Shown: positions 9,269 to 19,076 of the stretch, piece by piece
How the letters are laid out: each line of letters starts with the position of its first letter
How positions within the stretch are numbered: position 1 is the stretch's first letter
Source: Candidatus Cloacimonadales bacterium
Lineage (GTDB): Bacteria; Cloacimonadota; Cloacimonadia; Cloacimonadales; DAONDQ01
Assembly (NCBI GenBank): GCA_963662275.1
Contig: OY759316.1
Coordinates: forward strand, 2,656,001 to 2,720,000
DNA length: 64,000 nucleotides
Direction: 5' to 3'
Notes under the pieces: generated by a model
The model's input: the letters and a program-made list of their open reading frames with translations, nothing else
The model's database searches: none
What the model was told of the DNA's origin: nothing
Made by a program: the position numbers and the translations under genes

Positions 9269-10119
9269 TGAAATTACTATTAGCAGTATCATGCTTCTTC
9301 ATTTTAATAGGATGTTCCTCTTTTTATTATCATCCGGATCGAAGAACACTCCTGCAAGCAAATATTTTCATGAAAAATGGACAGACTCTAGATAACCAAG
9401 CTCAATATTCAAATGCTTTGTATACATATTTTGAAGCCTACCAGAGATATTCCCTCATTGATCAGCTTGATGGAAAAGCACTTGCAATGCTTGCTCTTAC
9501 CCGTGAGTATTACCGATTAGGAGATATGCGGAACTTCGATCTTTGGCGAGATAGTGTATCTACATTGATCAAGCTCAATATACCTAAAATGGAAGATCAA
9601 TTAAAGCTGCTTGATATTGAAATCAATTTCCGTAATTCAGATTATGCAAAAGTGATCGAACTAACGAAAGGCTATCAAAATAAACAAATTCTAACCGCTA
9701 CAGAGTTTTGCAGTTATCGTCTCATCTCAAAAACGAAACTAAATACTAGTCTTAAAATTGAAAAAGACTTCCTGTTAGAACAAATACAGAAATTATCAAA
9801 ACAATATCACAAGCATAAATTAGATGAACCTTCCAAATTGGCATTTGCATATTATAGCATTGGTTATTCATATATCTTACAAACACAGTTTAAAAAAGCA
9901 TTAGGAATGCTGCTGGAGGCTTACAAAATTGATCAGAGTGAGGAGAATTTTTCTAATATCACAAGTGATCTCTATCTTATTGGTTTTACTTATGAACAAC
10001 TTAAACAGCTTGAATTAGCACAAGATTATTATACGAGAGGACTGAATATTGCTATTCAAATTACAGACAAGGAGTTACAAGACAAAATCAACGACCGTTT
10101 AAAAAACTTAAATCATTAA
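9268..10119 (+). CDS. TPR-repeat lipoprotein
   Basis: Lipobox LIGC; TPR-like helices (AYYSIGYSY...A; DLYLIGFTYEQL...A..YY.RGL); overlaps the mlaD stop. Confidence 0.75.
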   Translation: MKLLLAVSCFFILIGCSSFYYHPDRRTLLQANIFMKNGQTLDNQAQYSNALYTYFEAYQRYSLIDQLDGKALAMLALTREYYRLGDMRNFDLWRDSVSTLIKLNIPKMEDQLKLLDIEINFRNSDYAKVIELTKGYQNKQILTATEFCSYRLISKTKLNTSLKIEKDFLLEQIQKLSKQYHKHKLDEPSKLAFAYYSIGYSYILQTQFKKALGMLLEAYKIDQSEENFSNITSDLYLIGFTYEQLKQLELAQDYYTRGLNIAIQITDKELQDKINDRLKNLNH

Positions 10120-10254
10120 AAATTACTCATTTGGTTCAAACAAGATTATATTCTTTTATGAGTTTTTTTACTGTCCGCGGAAGAAAATCTTTGACAAGTT
10201 TGTAAAGATATAATAAACGAATGTTTGTGATAATTTAATCTGGTCGGGAGAGAA

Positions 10255-11589
10255 ATGAAATTAATACGTAATGCTATCATTAGTGATGGATCTAATGATA
10301 CAAAAAAAGTTCAAATCCTATTCGATGAGACCATCATCGAAATTTCAGAAAAAGAGATTCCAATCACATCTAAAATCAAGGTTTTTGATTTAGAGGGAAA
10401 ACTCCTTATTCCTGGATGTATAGATACTAGAGTACACTTGGATCATGATGGAGATAGAAGTGAATCTCTAATTCCCAGCGCTACGAGATTGGCTGCTAAA
10501 GGCGGCATTACAACGGTTATTGAAGATGTTGTTAATACGAACGAACCAATAACGGAAAAAGAACAGCTTGAAGATAGAAAGAAAAATTACCTGGGTAATA
10601 GTTACGTCGATCATGCCTTTTGGGGTGTGATACGAATGAATGATTACCCGTTATACACAGATTTGGCACAACAGCTTTGGAATGAAGGAGCTGTTGGCTT
10701 CAGAATCAATCTGTTTTCGCTTAATGATGATGTTGACTCTCTTTCATACCAGGATATTTTGGATTTATTCTCCGCATTGGCTGATACCAATATTCTCTTC
10801 TCATTTGACCCTGAAGATTTAGATACGATCCAGTCATTATTACCCGTATGGCAGAAGCATAATTTTATTCCCTCAGATGGCTACTTCTGTATGAGTGAAA
10901 TTCAATCTCAGGCAGTCAGAAAAATAACACGTAGATCCCAGGAAAATCCGATTCATTTTTTTAGTATAAATACGCAGCAAGCCTCAGAATTCATTTTGAA
11001 TTCATTGAAAAAATACAATCTGAGTTTTGACATATTTCCCCTATATATGGCACATGCACAATCACCCGAAATAAATAATAGTTTTGATTGTGCAATTTAT
11101 CCTCCAATACAGACAGATGTAGATCGGGAATTTCTCAGGACCATAATCAAGTCAGGAAAACTATTCGTCCTGAGTTCACAATCGGGATATATTAATCTGG
11201 ATGGTCTTGCATCCTGCTTTCCTGGTCTCCAAAATAAAGTCCATACAGATTGGCTTGAATGTATGGTTCCTTATTTGTTTTCAGAATTTTACATCAAAGA
11301 TAAAACAACCTTGGATAGAATGATTAAGTTGACATCAGAGAACGCTGCAAAACGTTTCGGGCTTTATCCCCGCAAGGGATGTCTCGAAGTTAATTCTGAT
11401 GCTGATTTTACGGTTATTGATTTAAAAATACCTACTCCTAAACAGAAATCTACAATTCCATGTTCGCCGAATGATCTTGAGTGTTCAATAACTCATACTT
11501 TTTTGCGCGGGAATTTAATTTATGAGATTGGAAAAGGTATCACCAGTAAGAAGAATGAAGGTATATGGATTCCTCGTTTAAGTAATTGA
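10255..11589 (+). CDS. Dihydroorotase/allantoinase-like amidohydrolase-fold protein with metal ligands missing
   Basis: D..GKLLIPG.ID, A.KGGITTV, SENAAKRFGLYP.KG.L....DADF.VID and T.LRG motifs are present; the catalytic His/Lys/Asp residues are substituted. Confidence 0.8.
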   Translation: MKLIRNAIISDGSNDTKKVQILFDETIIEISEKEIPITSKIKVFDLEGKLLIPGCIDTRVHLDHDGDRSESLIPSATRLAAKGGITTVIEDVVNTNEPITEKEQLEDRKKNYLGNSYVDHAFWGVIRMNDYPLYTDLAQQLWNEGAVGFRINLFSLNDDVDSLSYQDILDLFSALADTNILFSFDPEDLDTIQSLLPVWQKHNFIPSDGYFCMSEIQSQAVRKITRRSQENPIHFFSINTQQASEFILNSLKKYNLSFDIFPLYMAHAQSPEINNSFDCAIYPPIQTDVDREFLRTIIKSGKLFVLSSQSGYINLDGLASCFPGLQNKVHTDWLECMVPYLFSEFYIKDKTTLDRMIKLTSENAAKRFGLYPRKGCLEVNSDADFTVIDLKIPTPKQKSTIPCSPNDLECSITHTFLRGNLIYEIGKGITSKKNEGIWIPRLSN

Positions 11590-11658
11590 TCCTAAGTTGA
11601 AATACTACCTATCGTGTTTTCTTAATTCATCTATTCAAGCTAATTATAAGGAGATCCC

Positions 11659-12990
11659 ATGCAAGAACGATTTAGACAAGTATTGTTACAAATATGCAAG
11701 GAATATCAAGGCTTTAAAATCGATTTTAAATATCGAATTTGGGAAACCGACTTTTTGCGTTTCTATCAAAGCCAAATCAATTACAATATCACGAAATGCA
11801 GTGATTCCTTGTATACAACTGTTTATAAGGGTAAGCGTTCCTATAGTTTCATATTGTATGATCCAGATGAAAAAATACTTCGCCAGACATTATTAGAATC
11901 CATCCCTCTATTAGATCATTTACCTGAAGATCCTGATTTTGTGGATTTGGAAAACAATCTGGAAACCTATCCGGAGACAGATAAAATCAATAATATTATC
12001 CACTTTCCCTTGGAAAAGAAAATCAAAATCCTGAATAGCATTTCAGAAGCTGTAGCAATTTACGGTTTCAAAATATTCGGTACTTTCATTTGTAATTTCG
12101 AAGTAGATTACATGATCAACAGTAATGGTGTGAATAAAAAATCACAGACTTCTCCAGTTATGCTTGAATTAAAAGCCGTTTCAGATAAGAATATGGTGAC
12201 TGTGCTGGAAACATATGGTTCAGAAAATCCTGATACCTTTGATGTTCAAGCTTTTATCGACAAACTCACTTTGAAACTGACAAATGCAGAACGCGATGTT
12301 GTCGATGTAGAAGCTGGTCATTACGATGTAATTTTATCCCCTCGTTGTATCGGTGAATATATTAACTACCTCTCCTCTTCTATGACAGCTCATAATCTTG
12401 ATCAGAAAACGAGTTATTTCGAAGATAAACTCGATCAGCAGATTTTCCCAACTAATGTCACTTTATCTGATGATCCTCATTATCCAGAGATGATTAATTT
12501 CGATTATAACAATGAAGGGCATATTTATAAAAAACTCACTCTCATTGAAAAAGGTATTTTCCGTAATTTCATGGTAGATAATTATTATGCACACAAAACC
12601 GGTATGACAAAAAACGGTAATTCCGGTGATTGCCTGGTTCTTTCTACCGGCGATAAATCATTAGAGGAAATGATTGGTAGTATCAAGAAAGGTCTGTATA
12701 TTTCGAGTTTGCATTATATGAATTTTATCAATTATAAGGAAACATCCGTTACTGGTTTAACGAGGGATGGAACGTTTCTAATCGAGGATGGTAAACTGAC
12801 GAATGTAGTGAATAATTTACGTTTCACGGAACGCTTGGCTAGAATTATTGAAAGCATCGTAGAAATCGAAAATACTTCTTACACGATACCTATATCCGAT
12901 AATTATGATGAGTTTTCAATCAATACAATTCGAATGCCTCATGTAAAAGTCAGTGGTTTCCAAATTTCATCATCAACAAAAACGATTTAA
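11659..12990 (+). CDS. TldD/PmbA family protein (PmbA/TldE-like, no HExxxH)
   Basis: G.Y.VILSP, LIEKG, TGLTRDG.FLIEDGK and N.RF motifs; paired with tldD. Confidence 0.88.
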   Translation: MQERFRQVLLQICKEYQGFKIDFKYRIWETDFLRFYQSQINYNITKCSDSLYTTVYKGKRSYSFILYDPDEKILRQTLLESIPLLDHLPEDPDFVDLENNLETYPETDKINNIIHFPLEKKIKILNSISEAVAIYGFKIFGTFICNFEVDYMINSNGVNKKSQTSPVMLELKAVSDKNMVTVLETYGSENPDTFDVQAFIDKLTLKLTNAERDVVDVEAGHYDVILSPRCIGEYINYLSSSMTAHNLDQKTSYFEDKLDQQIFPTNVTLSDDPHYPEMINFDYNNEGHIYKKLTLIEKGIFRNFMVDNYYAHKTGMTKNGNSGDCLVLSTGDKSLEEMIGSIKKGLYISSLHYMNFINYKETSVTGLTRDGTFLIEDGKLTNVVNNLRFTERLARIIESIVEIENTSYTIPISDNYDEFSINTIRMPHVKVSGFQISSSTKTI

Positions 12991-12999
12991 GGAGCTAAC

Positions 13000-14439
13000 A
13001 TGAAATTATTAGTACACGATATTATCCAGAAACTACAGCTTCCGGAAATCACATTTGCTGATGTTCGGTTAACTTCTTCTGATAATCAGGTCATTTTCTT
13101 TGAGAAAGGTGAATTAAAGCATGTTTCAACCTCACGTGATTCCATTTCGATTGGAGTTAGAGTTTTAATCCAGGGTTGCTGGGGTTTTGCCGGTACACGA
13201 ATGTTAGATAAAAGCTCTATTCATAAAATGATTCAGACAGCTATCATCAATGCCAAGCACAGCAGTAAATTCCGTAAAGATAGGATTACCTGGAAACCAC
13301 AAGCTCCTCAGATTAATTCTTATTTTTATGTACCAATGGAAGACCCATTCCTTATGGATGAGCAGGAAAAAATTGAATACATAGGTAATATCGCTAAAAT
13401 GCTGGTTGGAAAGCCACAGATAGTCTATTCCCATGCATATACTGAATTCTCCCGCCAATATAAGGTTTATGCCAACACTGAAGGTACTCTCGTTGATACC
13501 CTGGTTTACGACACTCTTCCTTCTATATATGTATTGGCTGCTGAAGGACCACATGTATACAGCCGGACATATCCCGGGCATATGAATGGTAGAAGGGGTG
13601 GATTTGAAGTATTACGTAATTTTAAATTTGAAGCAAACGCTCCGAAGATCATAGAAGAAGCCATTGCTTTAACAAAAGCCCCAACAATTGAGGAAGAACG
13701 TGCTGATATTATTATTGGCAGTGGACATCTTGCCTTACAATTACACGAATCTGTAGGTCATGCTACAGAAGCAGACCGCATATTTGGGATGGAAATTTCG
13801 TATGCAGGTAAGACTTTCATTAAACCATCAATGCTGGGTAACTTTATGTATGGCTCTGATATTGTGACGATATTCAGTGATAGCCTAGATCCCAATGGCA
13901 TGGGTTTCCACCTGGTTGATGACGATGGTACACCTGCAAAAAAGGTAGATATCGTGAAAAACGGTATCTTAGTCAATCAGCAGACTTCACGTGAATTAGC
14001 TCCACTTCTCGGCTTGGAGCCAAGTTCCAACATGCTGGCTACTGCTGGTGATAATATTCCTCTGATTCGAATGACAAATTTCTGTCTTGCTCCCGGAAGC
14101 GGTAGTTTACAGGATATGATAAAATCTACCGAAAAAGGATACTTACTCGATAATACTAAAACCTGGTCTATTGATGACAACCGGTATAATTTCCAGTTCA
14201 CAACTGAAATAGGTTGGAAGATCAGAGATGGGAAAATTACCGGAATCGTGAAAGAACCAACCTACTATGGCATCACACCTGAATTTTGGGGTTCATGTGA
14301 TCGCATCTGCGGACCAGAGGAATGGGGTTATCATGGAACATTTCATTGTGGAAAAGGCGAACCAGGTCAGGTGATGCATCTTTCACATGGTGTGGCACCT
14401 GCCAGATTTAAAAATGTTGTTGTTAATGTAAAAGCATAG
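13000..14439 (+). CDS. tldD: TldD family metalloprotease
   Basis: HESVGH zinc motif, DDDG, PLIRMTN, SIDD.R.NFQF and CGKGEPGQ...SHG motifs. Confidence 0.93.
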   Translation: MKLLVHDIIQKLQLPEITFADVRLTSSDNQVIFFEKGELKHVSTSRDSISIGVRVLIQGCWGFAGTRMLDKSSIHKMIQTAIINAKHSSKFRKDRITWKPQAPQINSYFYVPMEDPFLMDEQEKIEYIGNIAKMLVGKPQIVYSHAYTEFSRQYKVYANTEGTLVDTLVYDTLPSIYVLAAEGPHVYSRTYPGHMNGRRGGFEVLRNFKFEANAPKIIEEAIALTKAPTIEEERADIIIGSGHLALQLHESVGHATEADRIFGMEISYAGKTFIKPSMLGNFMYGSDIVTIFSDSLDPNGMGFHLVDDDGTPAKKVDIVKNGILVNQQTSRELAPLLGLEPSSNMLATAGDNIPLIRMTNFCLAPGSGSLQDMIKSTEKGYLLDNTKTWSIDDNRYNFQFTTEIGWKIRDGKITGIVKEPTYYGITPEFWGSCDRICGPEEWGYHGTFHCGKGEPGQVMHLSHGVAPARFKNVVVNVKA

Positions 14440-14456
14440 TCAGCTAAGAGAATATC

Positions 14457-14485
14457 AAAAGGGACACTGAGTGTGTCCCTTTTTT
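14457..14485. terminator. Bidirectional intrinsic terminator between convergent genes
   Basis: AAAAGGGACAC-tgagt-GTGTCCCTTTTTT. Confidence 0.8.
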
Positions 14486-14486
14486 G

Positions 14487-15482
14487 TTATCTTGCATTCA
14501 TTTTGAATACTACCCAATTGAGTTCAGGTATCAACTGGCATTCAACATAAAATTTCTTCTCCCCAACTTTCATTAAAAAATTTGTATAGGGAGATTCTAT
14601 CATATTATTCATCAGTTCTTGGATACTTGGATTGGATGAATTACGCAGATCATGCGTATTAGCAATTTGTTTCTCGTTAAGTTGGTTTGCAGGAATTCCT
14701 AAATTTTTATACAACTCCTGTGTTGCCATGATCAGAGTTCCATTCCTGCCAATGATTCCTGTAAATTGCTCATCCTTGACTGTAGATTCTTTCAGGAGGC
14801 TCTTCAAACTGACCTTACAACCTAGGATACCTCTAAGATCATTACCATCACTCATTGGATATATCACGTTGATTATCATCTCATTTAGAGTTGGATCCCA
14901 TTCAGGCTGAAACCATTTTACGTGTGAACTCTCGTCTGTCTGAGCCTGTAATAATTGGTAGAGTGGCAGCTTTTTCAAATCCTGTTTTGGCTGATACAAC
15001 TTCGATAGATCGGAATATGGGAAAACCCTTATGAAAGAATTCCTATGAATATAATACTGTTGCAAAATCTCAGGATACTTTGTTCCTGTAATCATCCAAA
15101 TTGAATCCATAGGAGCTGTGAAATCAATTTCTTTCAGGATATCTTGGCCAATAGGAGTGAATCCAGTACAATAAAGAGCTCCATGGTTCTCTTCCTGGGG
15201 TATGTTTAGGTACTTTTCGGGAGTAACCTGGTACTTCAAACTTAGACTGGATTGCGGTAACAATTCACGGCTAAGATAAATAGAGTTGAGAAATTTGCTA
15301 TTACCTAACAAATCAGCAGAAATACCTTCGCACAGAGTTTTAAATCGTGCTGCACTTTTCAGAAATGCTTGTTCTTGTGTTTGAGCAAGTTGCGTATTTT
15401 TGTCACAACTAACAAAACAAAATATACAAATGATAATAGCAACAAGATAGAAAATGCGGCAATTACTCGTTTTCATAAGCAC
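14487..15482 (-). CDS. Lipoprotein with a Cache/PDC-like sensor domain and no output domain
   Basis: Lipobox FVSC; ..W..P.WD......I...YP......GILG..V and terminal IPELNW motifs are typical of dCache domains. Confidence 0.65.
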   Translation of the reverse strand: MLMKTSNCRIFYLVAIIICIFCFVSCDKNTQLAQTQEQAFLKSAARFKTLCEGISADLLGNSKFLNSIYLSRELLPQSSLSLKYQVTPEKYLNIPQEENHGALYCTGFTPIGQDILKEIDFTAPMDSIWMITGTKYPEILQQYYIHRNSFIRVFPYSDLSKLYQPKQDLKKLPLYQLLQAQTDESSHVKWFQPEWDPTLNEMIINVIYPMSDGNDLRGILGCKVSLKSLLKESTVKDEQFTGIIGRNGTLIMATQELYKNLGIPANQLNEKQIANTHDLRNSSNPSIQELMNNMIESPYTNFLMKVGEKKFYVECQLIPELNWVVFKMNAR

Positions 15483-15592
15483 TAAATTCCCCTTCGTCGT
15501 GTTTTCTCTCAGAATTTTTTACATTATTTTAAATAATTCAAGATTATCCTGGCATGACAAATCAGCAACATCACAAGATAAGATATCTGCTA

Positions 15593-18187
15593 TCACCTGA
15601 TCTTCTTAAGCAAAAGAGATCCTATTCCCATTTGATATCCTTTGGCAGAAAAAATGATCTGATTATCCTGTCCGATCAGAAAAACAATAGGATAATCTGT
15701 GATTTTCAGCTTTTCATCTAAAACAGATGCCCCTGATTTCAGTAACAAACCTGATGTTTCAGAGATGTCATCATGTTTACGGTTCTCTGTATAGATAATG
15801 ATTTCACAATTCTTTGTAATTAATTCTTTCTTTTTGTCAATTATTTCTTTTAACATGCGTTGCTGTGGTTCAGATGTCTCTTGTCCTCGAATAAATATCA
15901 GTTTAGTGCCTCCTTTTAATCCCCATTGCTTAGCATAGCGAATAATATCTTTTCGAGTTTGATTACTCCATTGAGCTGAAACATCAAAATAGATCTTTGG
16001 CGTCTGAAGATTAATTTGATATACATACTGCTTGGCTTTCACTGATTTGATGATTACTTGTGCATCTCCATTATCATTTCTAGTCATACCTTCCAGATAA
16101 TAGGATATTTTCTTATCCTCGGGATAGGTTAATTCATAATCCAAGCCTTTATCTTGACCATCAAAATAAGTATCATCCAAAGTCCCCTTTTCTGTCATTG
16201 CTGCCAGGAAGAAGTTTTCGAAAGCACTTGCCTTTATTTTCTTTCCATCGATAGTTACAGATATTGTCAATGTCCTGGTCTTACTAGCCACGGGTTCTTG
16301 AGTATTTTTTTGCTCTTCTAATGAAATAAATTGCTTTCCATCATAATATTCAAGATAACCCTTCCAACGAACCGGAACTTGCACAAGTTTCAATGCACTG
16401 GCTAATAAAATCGTCCTGCCTGATGAAGTTACATAATGCATGTTCAGAAAATCAAGCGGGGTAATAGCTCCACTGAAATAGGTATAGGAAACATCCTCAT
16501 CTGTAACTAGTTGAGAATCCACCCATTTGACAAGATTACTAACGGTTTCTGTGTTACTTTTCCCTTTCATATCCTTGACTATTGAATATAGACCTGCTTC
16601 CCAACCATTTTCAGGACATGGTGATGTGGAAAAAGTGGATTGAAGAATACACTTGCGCCATATTGAATCAGGATATGTTATTTTAGAAGGAAGGTAAAGA
16701 TCGATAATTGCTTGAATTGATGCTGAATCAGGTAATTCCACGAGTTCTTTCACATCCCAGTCTTCAAGCATTTTACAAAGTAAATCTCGCCTATCTTCAG
16801 CATAGTTCATTTTCAGATTCGCATCAAACACTTTACGATAGGTATCGGAGCTTCCCGCTAATTGGTCAAATGTTGACAGATAATCATCTCTTCGGACTGT
16901 GAAAGCTGAATCTGTTTCTCCTGTTTTTGGCTGTACATCATAAAAACTCAGGAATTCAATAGAATGCTTATAGGAATTCAACCTGTTATCCCGACGCAGG
17001 CTGGATAATTCCCTTAAATGATCAAAATCAGCAATGATAGGTGTTCCGTATGAATCTGCTGATCTGCTTGCCGGTAAAGGGAAATGAATATCAAATTTCT
17101 CATTTATTTCACTATTCTTTTTACAGGAAATTGTTAAATTCACATCACCGTTCATCGTATTTAATAAGGAACAGCCAAAGAGACTATCCGAATAGGCAGT
17201 GACCCATACCCCACCTTTGCCGAGAGGAAACTTCACGATTCCCGAAGTATCTGACTTGAGAGATAGCATCGGCATTTCACCACCGTACGAAGCTCCATAA
17301 AGCATGACTCTCGCATCTGGAAGTGGTTTCCCTTTTTCATTCATAATTTTGAGTACAACTTGCACAGTATTAGCATAATCTCCAGTAGTTATAAGTGTAG
17401 CTACTCCTTTTTCGAACTTCACTTTCTGTGGGCTTTCAAAATCACCATATGCTTCTGAAAGAACAAGAGTAGCCCGAGTGGTCGTATCTGCAAACCAAGT
17501 TTCACCAAGCCTGTTGGCAGCTTCAGCAGCCCCGATGAATTTCCAGCCACCGGTAGTCCACACATCTGTCCAGGCATGGTTATTATCCGTGAAATTCCAA
17601 TAGGGAACTGAGGCAGGGCGGCAGGGAATACCAACTGCACGCGCTGCAGCCATATAAATGATCATACATTCTTCACACCTGCCATAACCGCGTTTAATTG
17701 TAGTCAAAGGCGCCTGGTCTCTACCGCTGGTTGGTTTAAAAGCCATCTTCTCGGCTGTCCAGAGATTCACCAGGAAAGCAGCTTCTTCAAGAGATTTGCA
17801 GTTTTGAACAATCGGGAGTAATTCTTTATAGAATGCAGGACGCCAATTCTCGAAAGGCTCTTGCGAAATACGAGGTGGTAACACAAAATGAATAAACAAA
17901 TCTTCTGGTATATCTTTCGTGTATGGTAATTGCTTTGTCTTCAATGCAAATCGGATATCTTCCATGATAAAATCAGGTGTAAGAACAGCTAGGTCAAAGA
18001 CACTTGCATTCTCCAGGAGATATTGAACATACTTCAAAGTATCCGGAACTGTGGAATGCAATATCTGTTTCAAACCTGCAGCATTCTTACCGGAATAACG
18101 GTCTATCCGCTGTTCCAATGTGTATTCTGTGGCATAAAGCATCAACGTTACAAAACTCAATAATAAAACTAAAACAATCTTTCTCAT
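15593..18187 (-). CDS. Exported transglutaminase-like domain protein
   Basis: Signal peptide from ATG 18187; FVLPPRI..EP..WR, GRCEE (Cys), RAVGIP.R and NHAWTDV (His/Asp) motifs. Confidence 0.85.
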   Translation of the reverse strand: MRKIVLVLLLSFVTLMLYATEYTLEQRIDRYSGKNAAGLKQILHSTVPDTLKYVQYLLENASVFDLAVLTPDFIMEDIRFALKTKQLPYTKDIPEDLFIHFVLPPRISQEPFENWRPAFYKELLPIVQNCKSLEEAAFLVNLWTAEKMAFKPTSGRDQAPLTTIKRGYGRCEECMIIYMAAARAVGIPCRPASVPYWNFTDNNHAWTDVWTTGGWKFIGAAEAANRLGETWFADTTTRATLVLSEAYGDFESPQKVKFEKGVATLITTGDYANTVQVVLKIMNEKGKPLPDARVMLYGASYGGEMPMLSLKSDTSGIVKFPLGKGGVWVTAYSDSLFGCSLLNTMNGDVNLTISCKKNSEINEKFDIHFPLPASRSADSYGTPIIADFDHLRELSSLRRDNRLNSYKHSIEFLSFYDVQPKTGETDSAFTVRRDDYLSTFDQLAGSSDTYRKVFDANLKMNYAEDRRDLLCKMLEDWDVKELVELPDSASIQAIIDLYLPSKITYPDSIWRKCILQSTFSTSPCPENGWEAGLYSIVKDMKGKSNTETVSNLVKWVDSQLVTDEDVSYTYFSGAITPLDFLNMHYVTSSGRTILLASALKLVQVPVRWKGYLEYYDGKQFISLEEQKNTQEPVASKTRTLTISVTIDGKKIKASAFENFFLAAMTEKGTLDDTYFDGQDKGLDYELTYPEDKKISYYLEGMTRNDNGDAQVIIKSVKAKQYVYQINLQTPKIYFDVSAQWSNQTRKDIIRYAKQWGLKGGTKLIFIRGQETSEPQQRMLKEIIDKKKELITKNCEIIIYTENRKHDDISETSGLLLKSGASVLDEKLKITDYPIVFLIGQDNQIIFSAKGYQMGIGSLLLKKIR

Positions 18188-18234
18188 TTCTATTCCTCTA
18201 CATCCTGTAATCTTTTTATATTCTTCTGCTCTGT

Positions 18235-18269
18235 CACCTAGCACCTAGCACCTAGAACCTAGAACCTGG
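18235..18269. repeat. Heptamer tandem repeat (CACCTAG/AACCTAG x5)
   Basis: Read directly from the sequence. Confidence 0.85.
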
Positions 18270-18351
18270 TGAAAAAGTGCAAGAGAAAAAATGATTGGAG
18301 CGCTGATTTCTTATCGGCGTACGGGGCGTATTCTTTACGACCCTCTCACAC

Positions 18352-19005
18352 CGTTCCGAATCTCGGACAGATTATAATTGCTATCATCTGCAGACATGGT
18401 TGCAACAGGCTAAATTAGTTGCAAAAACTAAGAAGCCAAAACCCTACAACCGCGAAAAACTCTTAGAAATAGCAAAGAATCTGAATAAATATACAATCAT
18501 GCATTTTGGTGTTAAAGAGTATATAAAGGATTTGGAAGATGCAGGGGTAATCTTCTTTGTCCTAACCCATCTGCCACAGACCTACCTGGATGGGGCAAGC
18601 TTCAAAATAAAAGATAATCCGGTCATCGTTTTCACATCCAGGTTTACAAGGCTGGACCACTTCTGGTTTATTAATGCCCATGAGATAGCCCATGTCTTGA
18701 ATCACTTATCTGATGATAAGGAATTCATCGATGATGAAACCAATTACAATGATACAAAAGACAATTGTGAAGTGGAAGCAAATTACCTATCCTCGACTTA
18801 TCTTCATACAGATAAAGTGGACGAGTGGTTTAAGGATAGGATGATCAGTAAAGAATCGATTTCCGCATATGCTTATGAAAATCAGATTAGCACTTCCATC
18901 GTAGTCGGCAGGCTCAGACATCTCAAACTCATTGAATATAAAGCCTATCCTATGTTTAACGAATCAATTGATGAAGTTACATTGAAGGAATATTGGATGG
19001 GATGA
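18352..19005 (+). pseudogene. 5'-truncated ImmA/IrrE (peptidase M78) domain gene, probably the remnant of an HTH-ImmA antitoxin
   Basis: LDGA.F, R..RLDHFWF..AHEIAH and E.EAN motifs. The frame continues upstream (RSESRTDYNCYHLQTWLQQAK) into a hairpin repeat and an in-frame TGA at 18304; no HTH and no RBS. Confidence 0.65.
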
Positions 19006-19076
19006 AGATATTGACGGAAAAAGCAAATGATCTTATAGAGTAATTACTATTATTTTCTTAATATAAAGGAGAATAA

